Assembly (NCBI RefSeq): GCF_963676685.1
Contig: NC_092344.1
Coordinates: 104,656,001-104,720,000 of the forward strand
DNA length: 64,000 bases
Origin: Mytilus edulis
Taxonomy: Eukaryota
Direction of reading: 5' to 3'
Of this stretch, positions 49,383 to 62,649 are shown piece by piece; within the stretch, counting starts at the first letter, position 1, and every line of letters begins with the position of its first letter. Below the pieces are notes generated by a model that worked only from the letters and a program-made list of their open reading frames with translations, ran no database searches and was not told the origin of the DNA. Position numbers and translations under genes: made by a program.

Positions 49383-50837
49383 TTATAATCTATCATAATC
49401 TGGATTGTTTTCTACCTGAAGTCGTTTTAAACTTTCCATATCATATTCCGGTACTGTGTCACTGTATCTAACCACATTCGTTGGTGGAACCGATTCAGAT
49501 TTCCGTTCGTTGCGTTTCCAGGCTTGCTGTTTGATTTTGTTACCTGTTTGTAGGTCGGTTGCAGGTACATTTCTAGCATGAGCGATTTCCAAAGACTGCA
49601 TGTCTAGATGATATCGACTTCCGGTATCGCGCGTCTTGGTTTGATCGTCTTTTTTCGAAGCCGATAGTGCAGACCGAATATTCACTGAATTGGCATCCAA
49701 TTTTCCTCCTTTGTGCGTTTCTTCACTTCCACGAATTTGTTCATTAACTTTGTCTAATTTTGGTGCCAATAATGCACCTTTTATTAAAACAGAATTGGCA
49801 TCGATATGAATTGGCTGTGAAGAACCCTGGTCACAGTGTGATTTGCAGTATACGTGTATATCCAAATCGTAAATTTTATTATGACAAAAATTCTTCAAAT
49901 TTAGTTTTGTCCCACATGTTTTGCACGTAAAGCACCCCTTATGGTATACAACATCTTTAACTGGTCCTATCTTTTCCATCGGGTATACCTTTTTCATACA
50001 ACGATAGCACTTATCTTGAGGATATTTAGTTTCGATTTTCAACGATGAAGCCCTTGTTGGAACTTTTTGAACATTTGTGGTTTGTGGTTCACTAAAATGT
50101 CGAACAAGAATTGGCGATTTTGGCGAGTTGGGTCCTGGGCTGTTATCTGAGAACGATAAGTTCTGCATTCCTATTCCACTCGACGACGGCGAAGCAGGTC
50201 CAGATGATGTCGTACTGCTGGTTTCAGACAACATTATCTGTCGTCTTGTGGTAGTGTTTGGTGTATTGGGGGATGATAAATTCACTGGTGTTGATACGAA
50301 TTGTGGACTTCTTGGAGAATACTGTGGTTCTTCATAGTTTTGATAGCCCTCAATATCTCTTCGAACAGTTTTTCTCAAGTCTACAGCAGATGGTATATTG
50401 TTCTGAAGTTGTAACATAAGAGTAAGTTGTTGTTTCGATTCATTACTAGAAGGATCAAAAGACTGACCTGACAACATTGACTGTTGGAAAACTCCTGGGT
50501 TTGAACTGTCCATTGTCGACTGTGGGAATGGCATGTAAGACGTCGGATATGTCGGTGAAATTGGTAATACTCCCGCCATAAGTCCAGAAGATGTTGGCAC
50601 AAAGTTTGGCATTGATTGAAAAATATTGGGTGATGTCACATTCTGGCTCTGATATAAATCAGGCTGAAGTCCATTTGTTAGTGTTAAATTTCCCATTTGA
50701 GCGTTTAATTGCATTTGTTGAAAAGCTAGTAATTGTTCAGGTGTAAAAGTCGTACCAGTCACATTCTGTTGTTGAGGCAAAGCATTAAAATGTCCAGAAC
50801 TGCTCAAACTTTGGTTTAAATTATAATTCACATCCAT
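49383..50837 (-). CDS. Intronless Hillarin-like single-LIM-domain protein (~484 aa)
   Basis: Q/S/P-rich N-half; LIM CYRC..KVYPMEKIGP...YHKGCFTCKTCGTKL...VYCKSH followed by ...APKLDKVNEQIRG, recalled as the Hillarin N-terminal LIM region. First ATG at 50837; the ORF-track start at 50843 is TTG. Confidence 0.8.
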   Translation of the reverse strand: MDVNYNLNQSLSSSGHFNALPQQQNVTGTTFTPEQLLAFQQMQLNAQMGNLTLTNGLQPDLYQSQNVTSPNIFQSMPNFVPTSSGLMAGVLPISPTYPTSYMPFPQSTMDSSNPGVFQQSMLSGQSFDPSSNESKQQLTLMLQLQNNIPSAVDLRKTVRRDIEGYQNYEEPQYSPRSPQFVSTPVNLSSPNTPNTTTRRQIMLSETSSTTSSGPASPSSSGIGMQNLSFSDNSPGPNSPKSPILVRHFSEPQTTNVQKVPTRASSLKIETKYPQDKCYRCMKKVYPMEKIGPVKDVVYHKGCFTCKTCGTKLNLKNFCHNKIYDLDIHVYCKSHCDQGSSQPIHIDANSVLIKGALLAPKLDKVNEQIRGSEETHKGGKLDANSVNIRSALSASKKDDQTKTRDTGSRYHLDMQSLEIAHARNVPATDLQTGNKIKQQAWKRNERKSESVPPTNVVRYSDTVPEYDMESLKRLQVENNPDYDRL

Positions 50838-51840
50838 TTTCAAAACAGGTGGAATTTATATAAAAGTCAAATAAATGGCAAGAATTTAAACAGGTGTTGT
50901 GCGGTAGACCTGAGTATTTCTTTTAAACGAATTACTGTCCTCGTTTTATTGTGCCGTATATACACTTGTAAGAAATGACATACGGTGGGTAAGATTTCAG
51001 TGTCATGCTTGGCAGATTCACACCAATCATAAACAACTTATTACCTGATTATTTTTCATTGTTCGGGGGAGATTTTTAAACCGTATATTCTTATTATTGC
51101 ATTGTGTATTTAAAGAAAACAATCAACATCTTAAAGAAAGGCGATTTTAAGGATTGATATTAAAAGGAATTTCACTACTTTGATTTTAAATCTGTTCATA
51201 ATATCAACTTATCCATCTAGCTGATTATATATCTGCCTATCGATAGAATAATAACTATCTAATAATTTATTAAACTATATGCCTAATTTGTCTTTCCAAG
51301 CCATTAATTTCTTTTATCATATACTTAGACTAAATAACATATGATTTTTACCGTATGATAATAGCATTAAATTAAAGTATTTTCCATAATCTTCGAATTT
51401 ATGCTTAGCGGGCTGATATGAAAAGTTTATCACATGCTTCGATTGTTATCACATGCCTTTCCGTAACGTTATCACATGGCATTCCGGTGGTACTCGGCAA
51501 TTTCCGGAATTTTTTTTTTAAATATTAAATGAATGCATTTTTTAAAGTTTTTCTGAAACATGACTTAAAAAGTTACTTTAAAAAAGTTGACTTTTCCAAA
51601 CAATGTTCATTATGTATATTGTTGAATTATTTTTCTGTCGATTGGCCCTTATAAAAAATAAATGTTTTTTTTTCTCTATTGAGGCATATGATAGAAAGAT
51701 TTCATATTGAATGTATCAAATTTTGGGTCCGACGTCCGTGAACTTTTTACTCTTTCAACTTCTTTTCGGGAACCACCTAGAAGGATCAATATATGAATCT
51801 GTTGTTTTTCTTTACTGTTGAAGCATATGATAAAAAGATC

Positions 51841-51975
51841 ATTAACATGTCATTTTTCATATCGCATGTATTATCAGCCCTCGGTCAATATCAGCCCTCG
51901 AGCCATGCGGCTCTTGGGCTGATATTGAACCTTAGGCTGATAATACATGCGATATGAAAAATGCCATGTAATAAT
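51841..51975. repeat. ~135-bp imperfect hairpin, probably the end of a non-autonomous element starting near 51340
   Basis: catttttcatatcgcatgtattatcagcc...gagccatgcggctc...ggctgataatacatgcgatatgaaaaatg; a related gggctgatatgaaa motif at 51410. Confidence 0.75.
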
Positions 51976-54317
51976 CTGATATTATTCACTTATTTCTTTA
52001 ACCTTGTAAACAAATATGTCACATAGCTATAATTCACTATGAATGTCAAGTTTTGATAGCTAAAATTTACAATTGAAGGTGTGCATATATGGTATTTCTT
52101 AATATGCTTTATCATTCAGGTTTATAATTGTGTAATGCTCGGTGTATATAAATCTGCATGCGTGACAGTAATTACTACAAATAATGTATAGCTTATTAAA
52201 TTCATTGAAGTGTTTGAGTGTTTGATTTTTCATTCGTCAAAGCACTCTCCGTTTTAAATTTTCCTTTGAGTAAGGTATTTTTGTTGTTTTCCTTTTTATA
52301 ATATCAAAAACATATGAATGTGTACTGAGTCTCCTCTCGTAACATATGAGCTTGCAAACGTTGTTGTGCCCAGTAGTAACGAATTGTTTCGAATAAAAAA
52401 TGGCAGAAAATATAAAAATGGCAAATGTTTCTTTACTGGTAACCTTAAGGAATCTGATGTATAGAAAACTAAATAAACGCAACAGCTAAATGATCCAAAA
52501 CCTGACTTGCTGCACATAAGGGAGATGCGGTTTTATTAATGTATTTGAAGGATGAAGAAACCCTCAAGTATTGATACCAATCAGTGGAATAGTACTTAGG
52601 ATTCTTAGTTGAATAGTCTTATTCAGCAAGCTTTTTGACCAATCTATTGTTGCCATTGAGCAATTTCCAGTAATAATATTATGAAGTGCATAAAGCTTTT
52701 ACAATAGTATCTCCCCGTTTTGGGAGTTGTTAGATAAATGAAAATAAGATTTGAAATAACTAAAAATAAGGAGATGTGGTATAAATGCCAATGAGAGAAA
52801 TGTTCACAGAATCTAACTGACGTTAAAATAGGCAACTATAGGTCACAATGTGGACTTCAACAATGAGCAAAAGGCACACTGTATAGTCATCTATAAAATA
52901 CATGACAAAATATTAAACAATCCACCCGATTGAAAGAACAACGTTTCGTTCCACTGGGACTGAGCTCTTGCAAATGAGACCAAATACAGATGTAAATACT
53001 TTATTAAATATTCTACATAAATTTATAGATGAATGATGAAGCCAAAACATTAATTTAGTTAAGTAAATTAAGTTCACAGTCAATGAGTGTGGAGCTATTT
53101 CAGCTCAGTATTGCTATTTCAGCTCCTCTTGGTCTAATTTAGACCCAGTGCAAAATATTTCTTTCATAAGTCTATTATTTTCAAAAATGGCTTATATAAA
53201 ACAGAAAAATACAAAGTCAAAAGAGAGAGACAAGCTTAGTTCTTTGTATATATCTGTCAATAAAAAAAAAACATTTATCAAAAGACAGTCGAAAAAGGTT
53301 TGGTATATAGGTTAATGATAACATTGCTGATCTTGAAAGTAAGGAGATATTTGTTATTTGATTTGACCTATTTTTGCATAAGTAGTCAAGTATTGCGATC
53401 TGATCGTTAAAGATCTGGTATCGGATCGTAAATGCAGATAAATCATAAATGCAGATAAATCATAAATGCAGATAAATCATAAATGCTAAATATAAAAACA
53501 TCAAAATCTACAAAGTCCGTTGTTAAATCAACAGATAGAACAATATCAAAATTATTTATATTCTTCAATAATACTACACATTAACGTATTAGCATATATA
53601 TACATTCTGTACTTTCGAAGGAAATACTAATCGCGCCACATAATCCTATGCGAATCATTAAAGATAAAGAATCCATTAGCATGGTCAAATTTCAATATAT
53701 CATTGTATATATATGAAAGTTGATCGTTTGTGTGTCAAATAGTACAATACAGTGTACATTTCTAGTCTTGTAAAAGGTTCAGATTATTTTTAAAAAGTAG
53801 AATTTTGTTAATATTTTAAACTATAACTGATTGCGAAAGATCAGGTAACACATTCTTATGAGCGTGATGGGTGAACCAGTTTAATAAGTAAAAATGTTAA
53901 ATGAAGTATACATTTATAAAAATAGGTTGATGTGGAATGATTTTTATGAGACTATCCCAGCGGATTACAGAAACAGATTTTCTTTAATTATCGGGCTTGC
54001 AAATATCCTAACTAGAATAAAGGATAGTATAACATGTCTTTAACAAAAAATAATATGAGACAGTATTTCTCAAGGGTGAGTGCCCCTAATCAGAAGGTCT
54101 TTTAAAAAGAAAACAATCTCCAATTATAGGATAGTCATAAGTGTTTTCCTGACCTAACCTTTTATTGGGCTTTAATAATGCGGAGATCCTTAAAATTGTT
54201 TTTGACATGCAGTTAAAGATATAGATATGTATGAACTGAATCTAATCGACAGGTTGATCATAACTAAAAATAGATTGATGGACCATTTTGGGGCTACAAA
54301 ATTCTTCCTTCATATCA

Positions 54318-56345
54318 GTGTTTACCGGTTACGTCAATTATAGCATTCTGTGTTAGGAATAAGGATGATATGTCGAGGCTCGCTGTTTACCGGTTACGTC
54401 TATTGTACCATTCGGTGGTAGGGATTAATGATGATATGTTGAGGTTCGTTGTTTATCGGTTATGTTTATAATAGCATTCTGTGGTAGGGCTAATGATGAG
54501 ATGTCGAGACTTGCTGTTTACCGGTTACGTCTATTATAGCATTCTGTGGTAGGGATTAATGATGATATGTTGAGGCTCGTTGTTTACCGGTTACGTCTAT
54601 TATAACATTCTGTGATAGGAATAAGGATGATATGTCGAGGCTCGTTGTTTACCGGTTACGTCTATTATAGCATTCTGTGATAGGAATAAGGTTGATATGT
54701 CGAGGCTCGCTGTTTACCGGTTTCTATAAAAAAAAAAAAAGAAAAAAAAAAAGATGTGGTATGATTGCCAATGAGACAACTGTGCACAAAAGACCAAAAT
54801 GACACAGACATTAACACTTATAGGTCACCGTACGGCCTTCAACAATGAGCAAAGCCCATACCGCATAATCAGCTATAATAGGCCCCGATAAGATAATGTA
54901 AAACAATTCAAACGAGAAAACTAACGGCCTTATTTATGTAAAAAAATGAACGAAAAACAAATATGTAACACATAAACAAACGACAACCACTGAATAACAG
55001 GCTCCGTCTATTATAGCATTCTGTGGTAGGGATTAATGATGATATGTTGAGACTCGCTGTTTACCGGTTACGTCTTTTACAGCATTCTGTGGTAGGGGTT
55101 AATGATGATATGTTGAGGGTCGTTATTTACAGGTTAAGTTTATTACATCATTCTGTGGTAGGAATGAGGATGATATGTTGAGACTCGCTGTTTACCGGTT
55201 ACGTCTTTTACAGCATTTTGTGGTAGGGGTTAATGATGATATGTTGAGGGTCGTTATTTACAGGTTAAGTTTATTACATCATTCTGTGGTAGGAATGAGG
55301 ATGATATGACGAGGCTTGTTGTTTACCGATTATGTCTAATTTAGCATTTTTTGCTAGGGATAATGATGATATGTCGAAGATCGCTGTTTACCGGTTATGT
55401 CTATTATAGCATTCTGTGGTAGGGATAAGGATGATATGACGAGGCTTGTTGTTTACCGGTTAAGTCTATTATAGCATTCTGTGGTAGGGATAAGGATGAT
55501 AGGTTGAGGATCGTTGTTTACCGGTTATATCTATTATATCATCCTGTGCTAGGGATAATGATGATATGTCGAGGCTCGCTGTTTACCGGTTATGTTCATT
55601 ATAGCATTCTGTGGTAGGGATAAGGATGATATGGCGAGGCTTGTTGTTTACCGGTTAAGTCTATTATAGCATTCTGTGGTAGGGATAATGATGATATGTC
55701 GAGGATCGCTGTTTACCGGTTATGTCTATTATAGCATTCTGTGGTAGGGATCAGGATGATATGACGAGGCTTGTTGTTTACCGGTTAAGTCTATTATAGC
55801 ATTATGTGGTAGGGATTTATGATGATATGTCGAGGATTGCTGTTTATCGGTTATGTCTATTATAGCATTCTGTGGTAGGGATAAGGATGATATGACGAGG
55901 CTTGTTGTTTACCGGTTAAGTCTTTTATAGCATTCTGTGGTAGGGATTAATGATGATATGTCGAGGATCGCTGTTTACCGGTTATGTCCATTATAGCATT
56001 CTGTGGTAGGGATAAGGATGATATGACGAGGCTTGTTGTTTACCGGTTAAGTCTATTATAGCATTCTGTGGTAGGGATTAATGATGATATGTCGAGGGTC
56101 GCTGTTTACCGGTTATGTTTATTATAGCATTCTGTGGTAGGGATAATGATGATATGTCGAGGCTTGCTGTTTACCTTTTACGTCTATTGTAGCATTCTGT
56201 ACTAGGGTTAATGATGATAGTCATGATATGATGAGGGTCGTTATTTACCTGTTACGTCTGTTATAGCATTCTGTGACAGGGCTTAATAATGAATTGTTGA
56301 GGTTCGTTGTTTATCGGTTACGTCTATTACAGCATTATGTGGTAG
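54318..56345. repeat. 64-66-bp tandem satellite with dimeric higher-order structure
   Basis: Unit tgtttaccggttatgtctattatagcattctgtggtagggataaggatgatatgacgaggcttgt; interrupted at ~54722-55005. Confidence 0.95.
54725..55005. mobile_element. SINE-like repeat inserted in the satellite
   Basis: A-run then aagatgtggtatgattgccaatgagacaac...acaggctcc; satellite phase resumes on the other side. Confidence 0.75.
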
Positions 56346-57657
56346 GAGTTAATTACAACCTTTCCAATCTATGCAATTTTGACTTATCATAGCGTAACAT
56401 CCACATTTATTATGATACATCATTACCTCTTTACTGTATCAAACAGTTGCCATCACTTTGCTGTTCTCGTTGTATTTACCAAAACTAAATGTTACCTCAT
56501 CAAAGTCATGAAAGGTGCCGCTCTTAGATTAATTCATGAGTTCATATAGCAATCATTATTAGTATTTGTTCCTCTCTTTGTCACTTTCCGTCTCTAAGAC
56601 CTTCAATTTTGAGTTATTTTTTTCTTTCTGTATTAACAGGAGATGTGGTATGATTGCAGAGGACACAATTATCCACCAAAGTTCAAATGAATTGGATGTA
56701 AGGAATTATTGTCAACCATGCGGCCTTAATTCATTGTGTACGCCAAAAACCAACAAGTTTTCTTAATGTTAAAACGTATGTAACGCTTGAGAGCAAACAT
56801 TAAACCCAAAATAATTAAACAAATCATACTAACTTATATATATTACAAAAGACATAATGAAACAACAATATGTCTCTGCCTTATTACCATCCATACCTAT
56901 ATTTTATCATCGGATCACACCAAAAAAGAGTAACCAAGAAATGATAATTATGGAGACAGTTTAAAAAAAATGAAGTATCCGCATCACCTATTAACTTAAG
57001 AAGCTCATCTGTCTCACATAACTTGTATTTTAATTTCATTTTAACGGTTATAGGTGGCCAGTGAGGAAAAATATATTTTTGTAAAAGTTGATGAGCGTTT
57101 CTATTATGAAATTCATCAGTATTTCCTTTAACTCATTATTTGTTTGTATTTATGTCTCAGCAAAATCATGCTATTTACGGCCACACTATTATTTGTGAAT
57201 CTTCAAACCTATTCTCCTTAGTACAAATGTCCTTGGTTCGAGTCCGGATTTGTCAAACGGGTTTTTATCTCTTATACAAAGGGAGCTAACAACCACAACA
57301 AATATGGCGGAAGATTTGAAAAGGTTTATTTTCGAAGAAAAGGATAATCTTCGACGTTACAGGTCCAACATAGATGCAATAATTCGAAAGGTTGTTCAAC
57401 ATGTTTGCATATCCATGTATATAGTATCCTGCACTACAACTTTTACTCATGCATGGCAGAAACTAGTCAAAATTTGATGAACTTTGGAACACGTTCAAAA
57501 CCAACATCCAAAACTCTATTACCAATTTAAGAATATTCCAACAAAAAGCAATTGGTAACAAAACGAAACTACCTTGGGTAAATTACCAACTTAAAAAGCT
57601 CATCAACAAGAAAAACAAATTAATTAATTATACAAAAAGAAAAATCCCAAGTATAAT

Positions 57658-57923
57658 AATAAATTCTTTCTCTGTTAGAATTGCTAAAACCTGGAACAAA
57701 CTACCAGATAAAATAACAAAGTCACCATCGATAAATTCATTCAAAAATCGACTAGACAAATATTGGGCAGACGAAGAATTATACTATAATGACTATAGAG
57801 CAGAAATATCCGGAAGTCACGGTCAAAATAGTATAAGAAATACATTAAATTACGAGTCTGGTGAAGAGGAACCTTGAGGGATCCTGTACTGGAAATCAAC
57901 TATAAGTAACTATAAGTAAGTAA
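57658..57923 (+). mobile_element. 3'-end fragment of a second CR1-type LINE
   Basis: NSFSVRIAKTWNKLPDKITKSPSINSFKNRLDKYW, a short UTR and a tandem tail (ctataagtaa)2gtaa. Confidence 0.75.
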
Positions 57924-57976
57924 ATAAACAATACCAAGAAATAAAAACCAAGCTCCAGAAAGAAATGAAAAACTCG

Positions 57977-59119
57977 CAGGGGCGTAGCTATGAAGAAAAG
58001 GTGTGCAAGCAACCCCTGCTGAGTGGAGCGAGGCGAAAATATTTTGGGACCGTTTTATGCAGAATTTTTTGTTTTTCGGTCATAGACATAGGACAGTTGA
58101 AAGAGGAGCTATGTGTAGGAGTCTAAGGACTTATAAACAATTTATGAATGGAATACTATTAACAAAGCTTCTGAATAGAGTAAATCATGGTTAATTGAAA
58201 ACATAAACTACACATTTTTCTGATACAGAATTTACTCAAAGATGTCCGAAATCTGCTCTTTGCGTCTAGGCAGAAACGAACTTCTCTATAACTTTGCCGA
58301 TGAATATGCAGTAATGCTAGCGATGATAACCTGTCGTTGTTCATTGTTGATCGTACATTTGATTTCAACAGACGTAGTACACTGATAGATCTCCATGGTC
58401 AGCAGCACTCGCGAGATGTTATAAAGCAGTGTACGTGTTCGCCATCGAGCGACCTCCCAATTGAATTCATCAAAAATTACATACCAGGTCAGTTTAGTAT
58501 GTCTCAGACAATGTTGAGATTTGTTCGTTTGGTATATTTTCTACAACACGAGGAAGCAGATACGGCACAAAGAAGCGATTTTCTGATAATACCAGACGTG
58601 ACTCCACTCTGCAGTTCCATTATCATATGGTCTATAACGCAACATCTAATGAAACTTTCCAATACTGTTTTGGCGTGTTTGCAGGGTGGTTGGCTCTGGA
58701 AGTCTGTCGAAAACATCGCATTGGCATATTTTCAACGATATCGAACGGTTCTAATAAATCTAATGCCGATTGGTACACTGTACATCTCATTCCAAACATA
58801 TAAACCGTACTCTGTAAAATGTGCTCCGAAACTACATGTACATGTCTTAGACTGAGTATAAAAAAATCAAATCTTCAAAGATTCTTCAAATTCAAAGATA
58901 CAAGTTACTGTCCGATTTTGTCATGATCTCGAATAAAACTTCTATTTTGAAACCAAATGCCGTTATTTAATGACATTTCATCAATCAAAAAAATGACAAC
59001 ATAAATGTATCTGTTTCCTTTAAACATTTAATTTATAAATTTTTAATTTGCACTTTTTTTTGCATGCCGAATCGATGTGCACGCAACTGCATGTTAGCGT
59101 ATAGGGAGCTACGCGCCTG
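57977..59119 (-). mobile_element. hAT transposon remnant (THAP12/ZMYM1-type transposase), apparent 5-bp TSD
   Basis: TIR caggggcgtagct / agctacgcgcctg; flanks actcg / actca; minus-strand RQTSRANHPANTPKQYW and KSNVRSTMNNDRLSSLALLHIH (hAT dimerisation domain). Confidence 0.82.
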
Positions 59120-59740
59120 ACTCATACTGGCAATACATAGAAAATATGATTTTCGATATTGAAATAAAGGAGCCAGATCAACCATGCTTCAATAATACAC
59201 CTAAAAAACTGTACACCTACATTAAAAGCCAGAAAAACGAAAACACCGGCATAGCTCCTCTGCAAAGTGAAGGTACACTGCACTCAAGTCCATCTGAGAA
59301 AGCAAATATACTTAACAAACAATTTCAGTCTGCTTTTACATCTGAAGCAAACACTAACATTCCAGACAAAGGTCCTAGTAAACACCCTATAATGGAACCC
59401 ATTAGAATATCTAGGGATGGTGTTTACAAACTAATCAAAAACATAAACCCGAATAAAGAAACTGGTCCTGACACCATCGCAGGCAAAGTACTAAAACAAA
59501 ACATCGAAATATGTACAGATATCCTCACTTTAATATTTACAAGATCACTACAAACAGGCAAAGTACCTTCTGACTGGAACCACGCAAATGTCACACCTGT
59601 ATTTAAAAAAGGGGATAAACACAACCCAGGCAACTATAGGCCTATAATCCTTAACATGCATTGCTTGCAAACTACTCGAACATATCTTTGCAAGCAGCAT
59701 GATGAATCACTTAGAAACAAACAACACTCTATATGAATTA

Positions 59741-60250
59741 CCGTATTTATTCTAATAAACGCCCTGGGGGCGAAGACAATTTCCAAAAGGGGCGTCAATT
59801 AGAGAAACAAATTTCGTACCTTTACCTGAATTTTGTTGAAACAGACTATAGTAATATACACGTGTTTCTTATTGTCTCCATAATCTATAAATAGCGTTTA
59901 TTGGTAATGTGACCTCATCAAATAATTTGTTAAAATTTTCGAATGAACAAGTGCACATCAATGGAACATAATTTCAACAGCGTACTGTGTAACTGACAGA
60001 TCTATTTTGGAACTTGTACACACTGTGTTGGATTATCGGAGTGGATTAAAACATGGGCATTATTGATTTTTCGTTTCATGTTTCTGAGTGACCGGGTCGA
60101 TGTCTTTGCAATATTGTAATGGTTAAGTTTCAATTTTATTTTTTTTAACTACAAAATGAGGGCGTTTATTAGAAGTCAAAAGTTCTGAACGCACGATTTT
60201 CGGTAGGGGGGCGTTAATTAGAAGGGGGGCTTTAAATAGAATAAATACGG
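59741..60250. mobile_element. Tc1/mariner-pogo-type MITE, TA TSD
   Basis: TIR ccgtatttattcta / tagaataaatacgg; removing it restores LINE codons E-L-Q-H-G-F-R. Confidence 0.9.
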
Positions 60251-61688
60251 TACAACATGGATTTAGGCAAAACGATCATGTGAATCCCAAGTCATCTCAC
60301 TGATACATGAATTATTCCAAAACAACAACAAGAACATACAAACAGATCTTATAATCATGGATTTTGCTAAAGCTTTCGACAAGGTACCATACAAAAGATT
60401 ACTATACAAAATGAAATACTTTGGCATATCAGATCAAATCATTAACTGTGAAGAATCCTTTCTTTCAAACAGAACGCAAACAGTACTTTTAGAAAACATG
60501 TCCTCTTCAAAAATACCAGTCTCATCAGGAGTCCCACAGGGTACAGTGCTAGGACCAATACTATTCTTAATTTACATAAATGACCTCCCAGATTACATCC
60601 AACATAGCAAAATCAGACTCTTTGCAGATGACAGTATAATCTAACAACAAATTAAACTCAAAACGACTGCCTCAAGCTTCAAGAAGACCTAGAAGCTGCC
60701 ATACAATGGGAAAAAGATTGGCTTATGTCTTTCCATCCAGACAAGTGTAACATCATGAATATAACAACAAAAAGAAATCCCATCCACTTTTATTATAACA
60801 TGTATGGACACATCTTAGAATCTGTAAAACATGCAAAATACTTAGGTATCACCATCTCAGCAGACCTAAAATGGAACACCCACATCCAACAAACCGCTGC
60901 AAAAGCAAATAAATCCTTAGGTTTCATAAGAAGAAACCTTAAAGTCCAATCGCAAACAATTAAAGAAAGAGTGTACCAAACACTCATAAGACCAAAGTTG
61001 GAATACTGTTGTACTGTATGGGACCCATTTACAAATGAAAATATAAAATCACTGGAAAAAGTACAAAGACGGGCAGCAAGGTATGTGTGCAATAAACATC
61101 ACAACACCAGCAGTTTGTCTGAGATGCTAGACACCATGAAATGGCAAACCTTACAAGAACTCAGATTACGAACAAGGCTTATAATGTTCCACAAAATTGT
61201 AAATGAAAATATAGCCATTCTATCGCAAAATGTATTACAAAAGAGTCGGTCTACTACAAGATACACCAATAAAGAATCCTACAGATAAATTCATTTGCAA
61301 TAAAGACAGCTATAAATTTTCTTTTTTCTGTCAAACCATCAACATGATCAAAGACTGTTTATTTATATTTTGACAAAAATTATTCACATAAATTTATTAA
61401 AAAACATTTACCAGGGATGCGCTGGAAAGTAAACATCAGTACGTTGATGGTTTTCTGTGACAAAAGAAGAAGAAGAAGAAGAAGAAAGGTGTAAAAGCAA
61501 AAAAATAAAAATATATAGTCTTAGTACTCTTACTAACAATAACATGAGCATTTACTATACAAATCATTGACCTAGAAAAAGAAAAACTTGACTGAATGTT
61601 TATATAATTTTGTTCGAAAATTGAAAATGGAAATGAGGAATGAGTCAAAAACAAAAAGACAGCAACCTGAAATTTGATGTGCATGATG

Positions 61689-62394
61689 GGTATCAGATCC
61701 GTTCGCCCTAATAACATGTTCGCCCTGAGTTCGTTCGCCCATAGAGTCTGTTTGTCCTACTAAAAAAATACTAATATTCAGAGCATTTAAGTTGAATAAA
61801 CTTATTCAGATATTTCTATGGTATATACTACTATATATTCTTGAAATTTATGGAAACAGGGAAATATTTAAAAGTTTATGGCTTGTTTAGGATCATTAAT
61901 TGTTCAATGACAAAATAATTCAGATCACTGATTATTGTGATACTTGTATTTTGATTGATTAATAATGAAAACAAACGTTTTGTTTTGATAAAATATTCAG
62001 CTTGAAATTAATAAAAACAATGATGTACGAACTGTAAATCATGAAACGTATTTACAAGTTCATTTATTATTATACTCTGGTCTCAGTTATACTGATTACA
62101 TTCGTGATTGAATGAATACAATTATTTTGTTAAGAAATATCAATAAAGATAAATACATTGTTTTTCAGTATTCTACTCTGCAAATCAAACGGAAAATGAT
62201 AAATTGATTGCGACAATATGAAAATTCTGTCAATTTTTCAACAAACTTTATCATATTTTGTTCAAATACTTAAAATTATGTGACTAGACAACAATTGGAA
62301 AAAAATTAAATCAGGGCAAATGAACCCTGGGCGAACAGGTACATTTTTTTTTGTACTAGGGCGAACGTGAATCAGGGCAAATGGACCCGGATTC
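61689..62394. mobile_element. Mutator-like MITE
   Basis: Subterminal gttcgccc / gggcgaac repeats, imperfect TIRs, and 10-bp flanks gtgcatgatg / gtgcataatg. Confidence 0.7.
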
Positions 62395-62649
62395 GTGCAT
62401 AATGTGTGACAGTTTACAAAACATGCATAATTAAAGGAGAAGAGCTGTTTTGATAACAATGATGATGTTTGCAAACTATTTATAAATACCGGTATGTTTA
62501 ATTTTTCAGTATGACAGACACTTTCCAGATGATGCTGAAATAGATTTAACAACTCTGACCAGCAGTAGTTTTAGAGATGAAAGTAAGTAGATAATATTTT
62601 CATTTCAAATTACATGAACATCATAAAAAATAAAGTAATGTATGTTATT

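Larger units (their letters stand above)
57483..61340 (+). mobile_element. CR1-clade LINE ORF2, 5'-truncated and degenerate, with three nested insertions
   Basis: WNTFK..LPWVN..KKNKL | YWQYIEN..EKANILNKQFQSAFT..GPD..WNHANVTPVFKKGDK..NYRPI | LQHGFR..DFAKAFDKVP..SGVPQGTVLGPILFLIYINDLP..RLFADD..YLGITIS..LEYCCTVWDP..LEKVQRRAAR, with stops and frameshifts. Confidence 0.9.

Noticed and set aside
58337-58855. 172-aa plus-strand ORF
   Set aside because: Antisense to the degraded hAT transposase; non-ATG start and no motifs.
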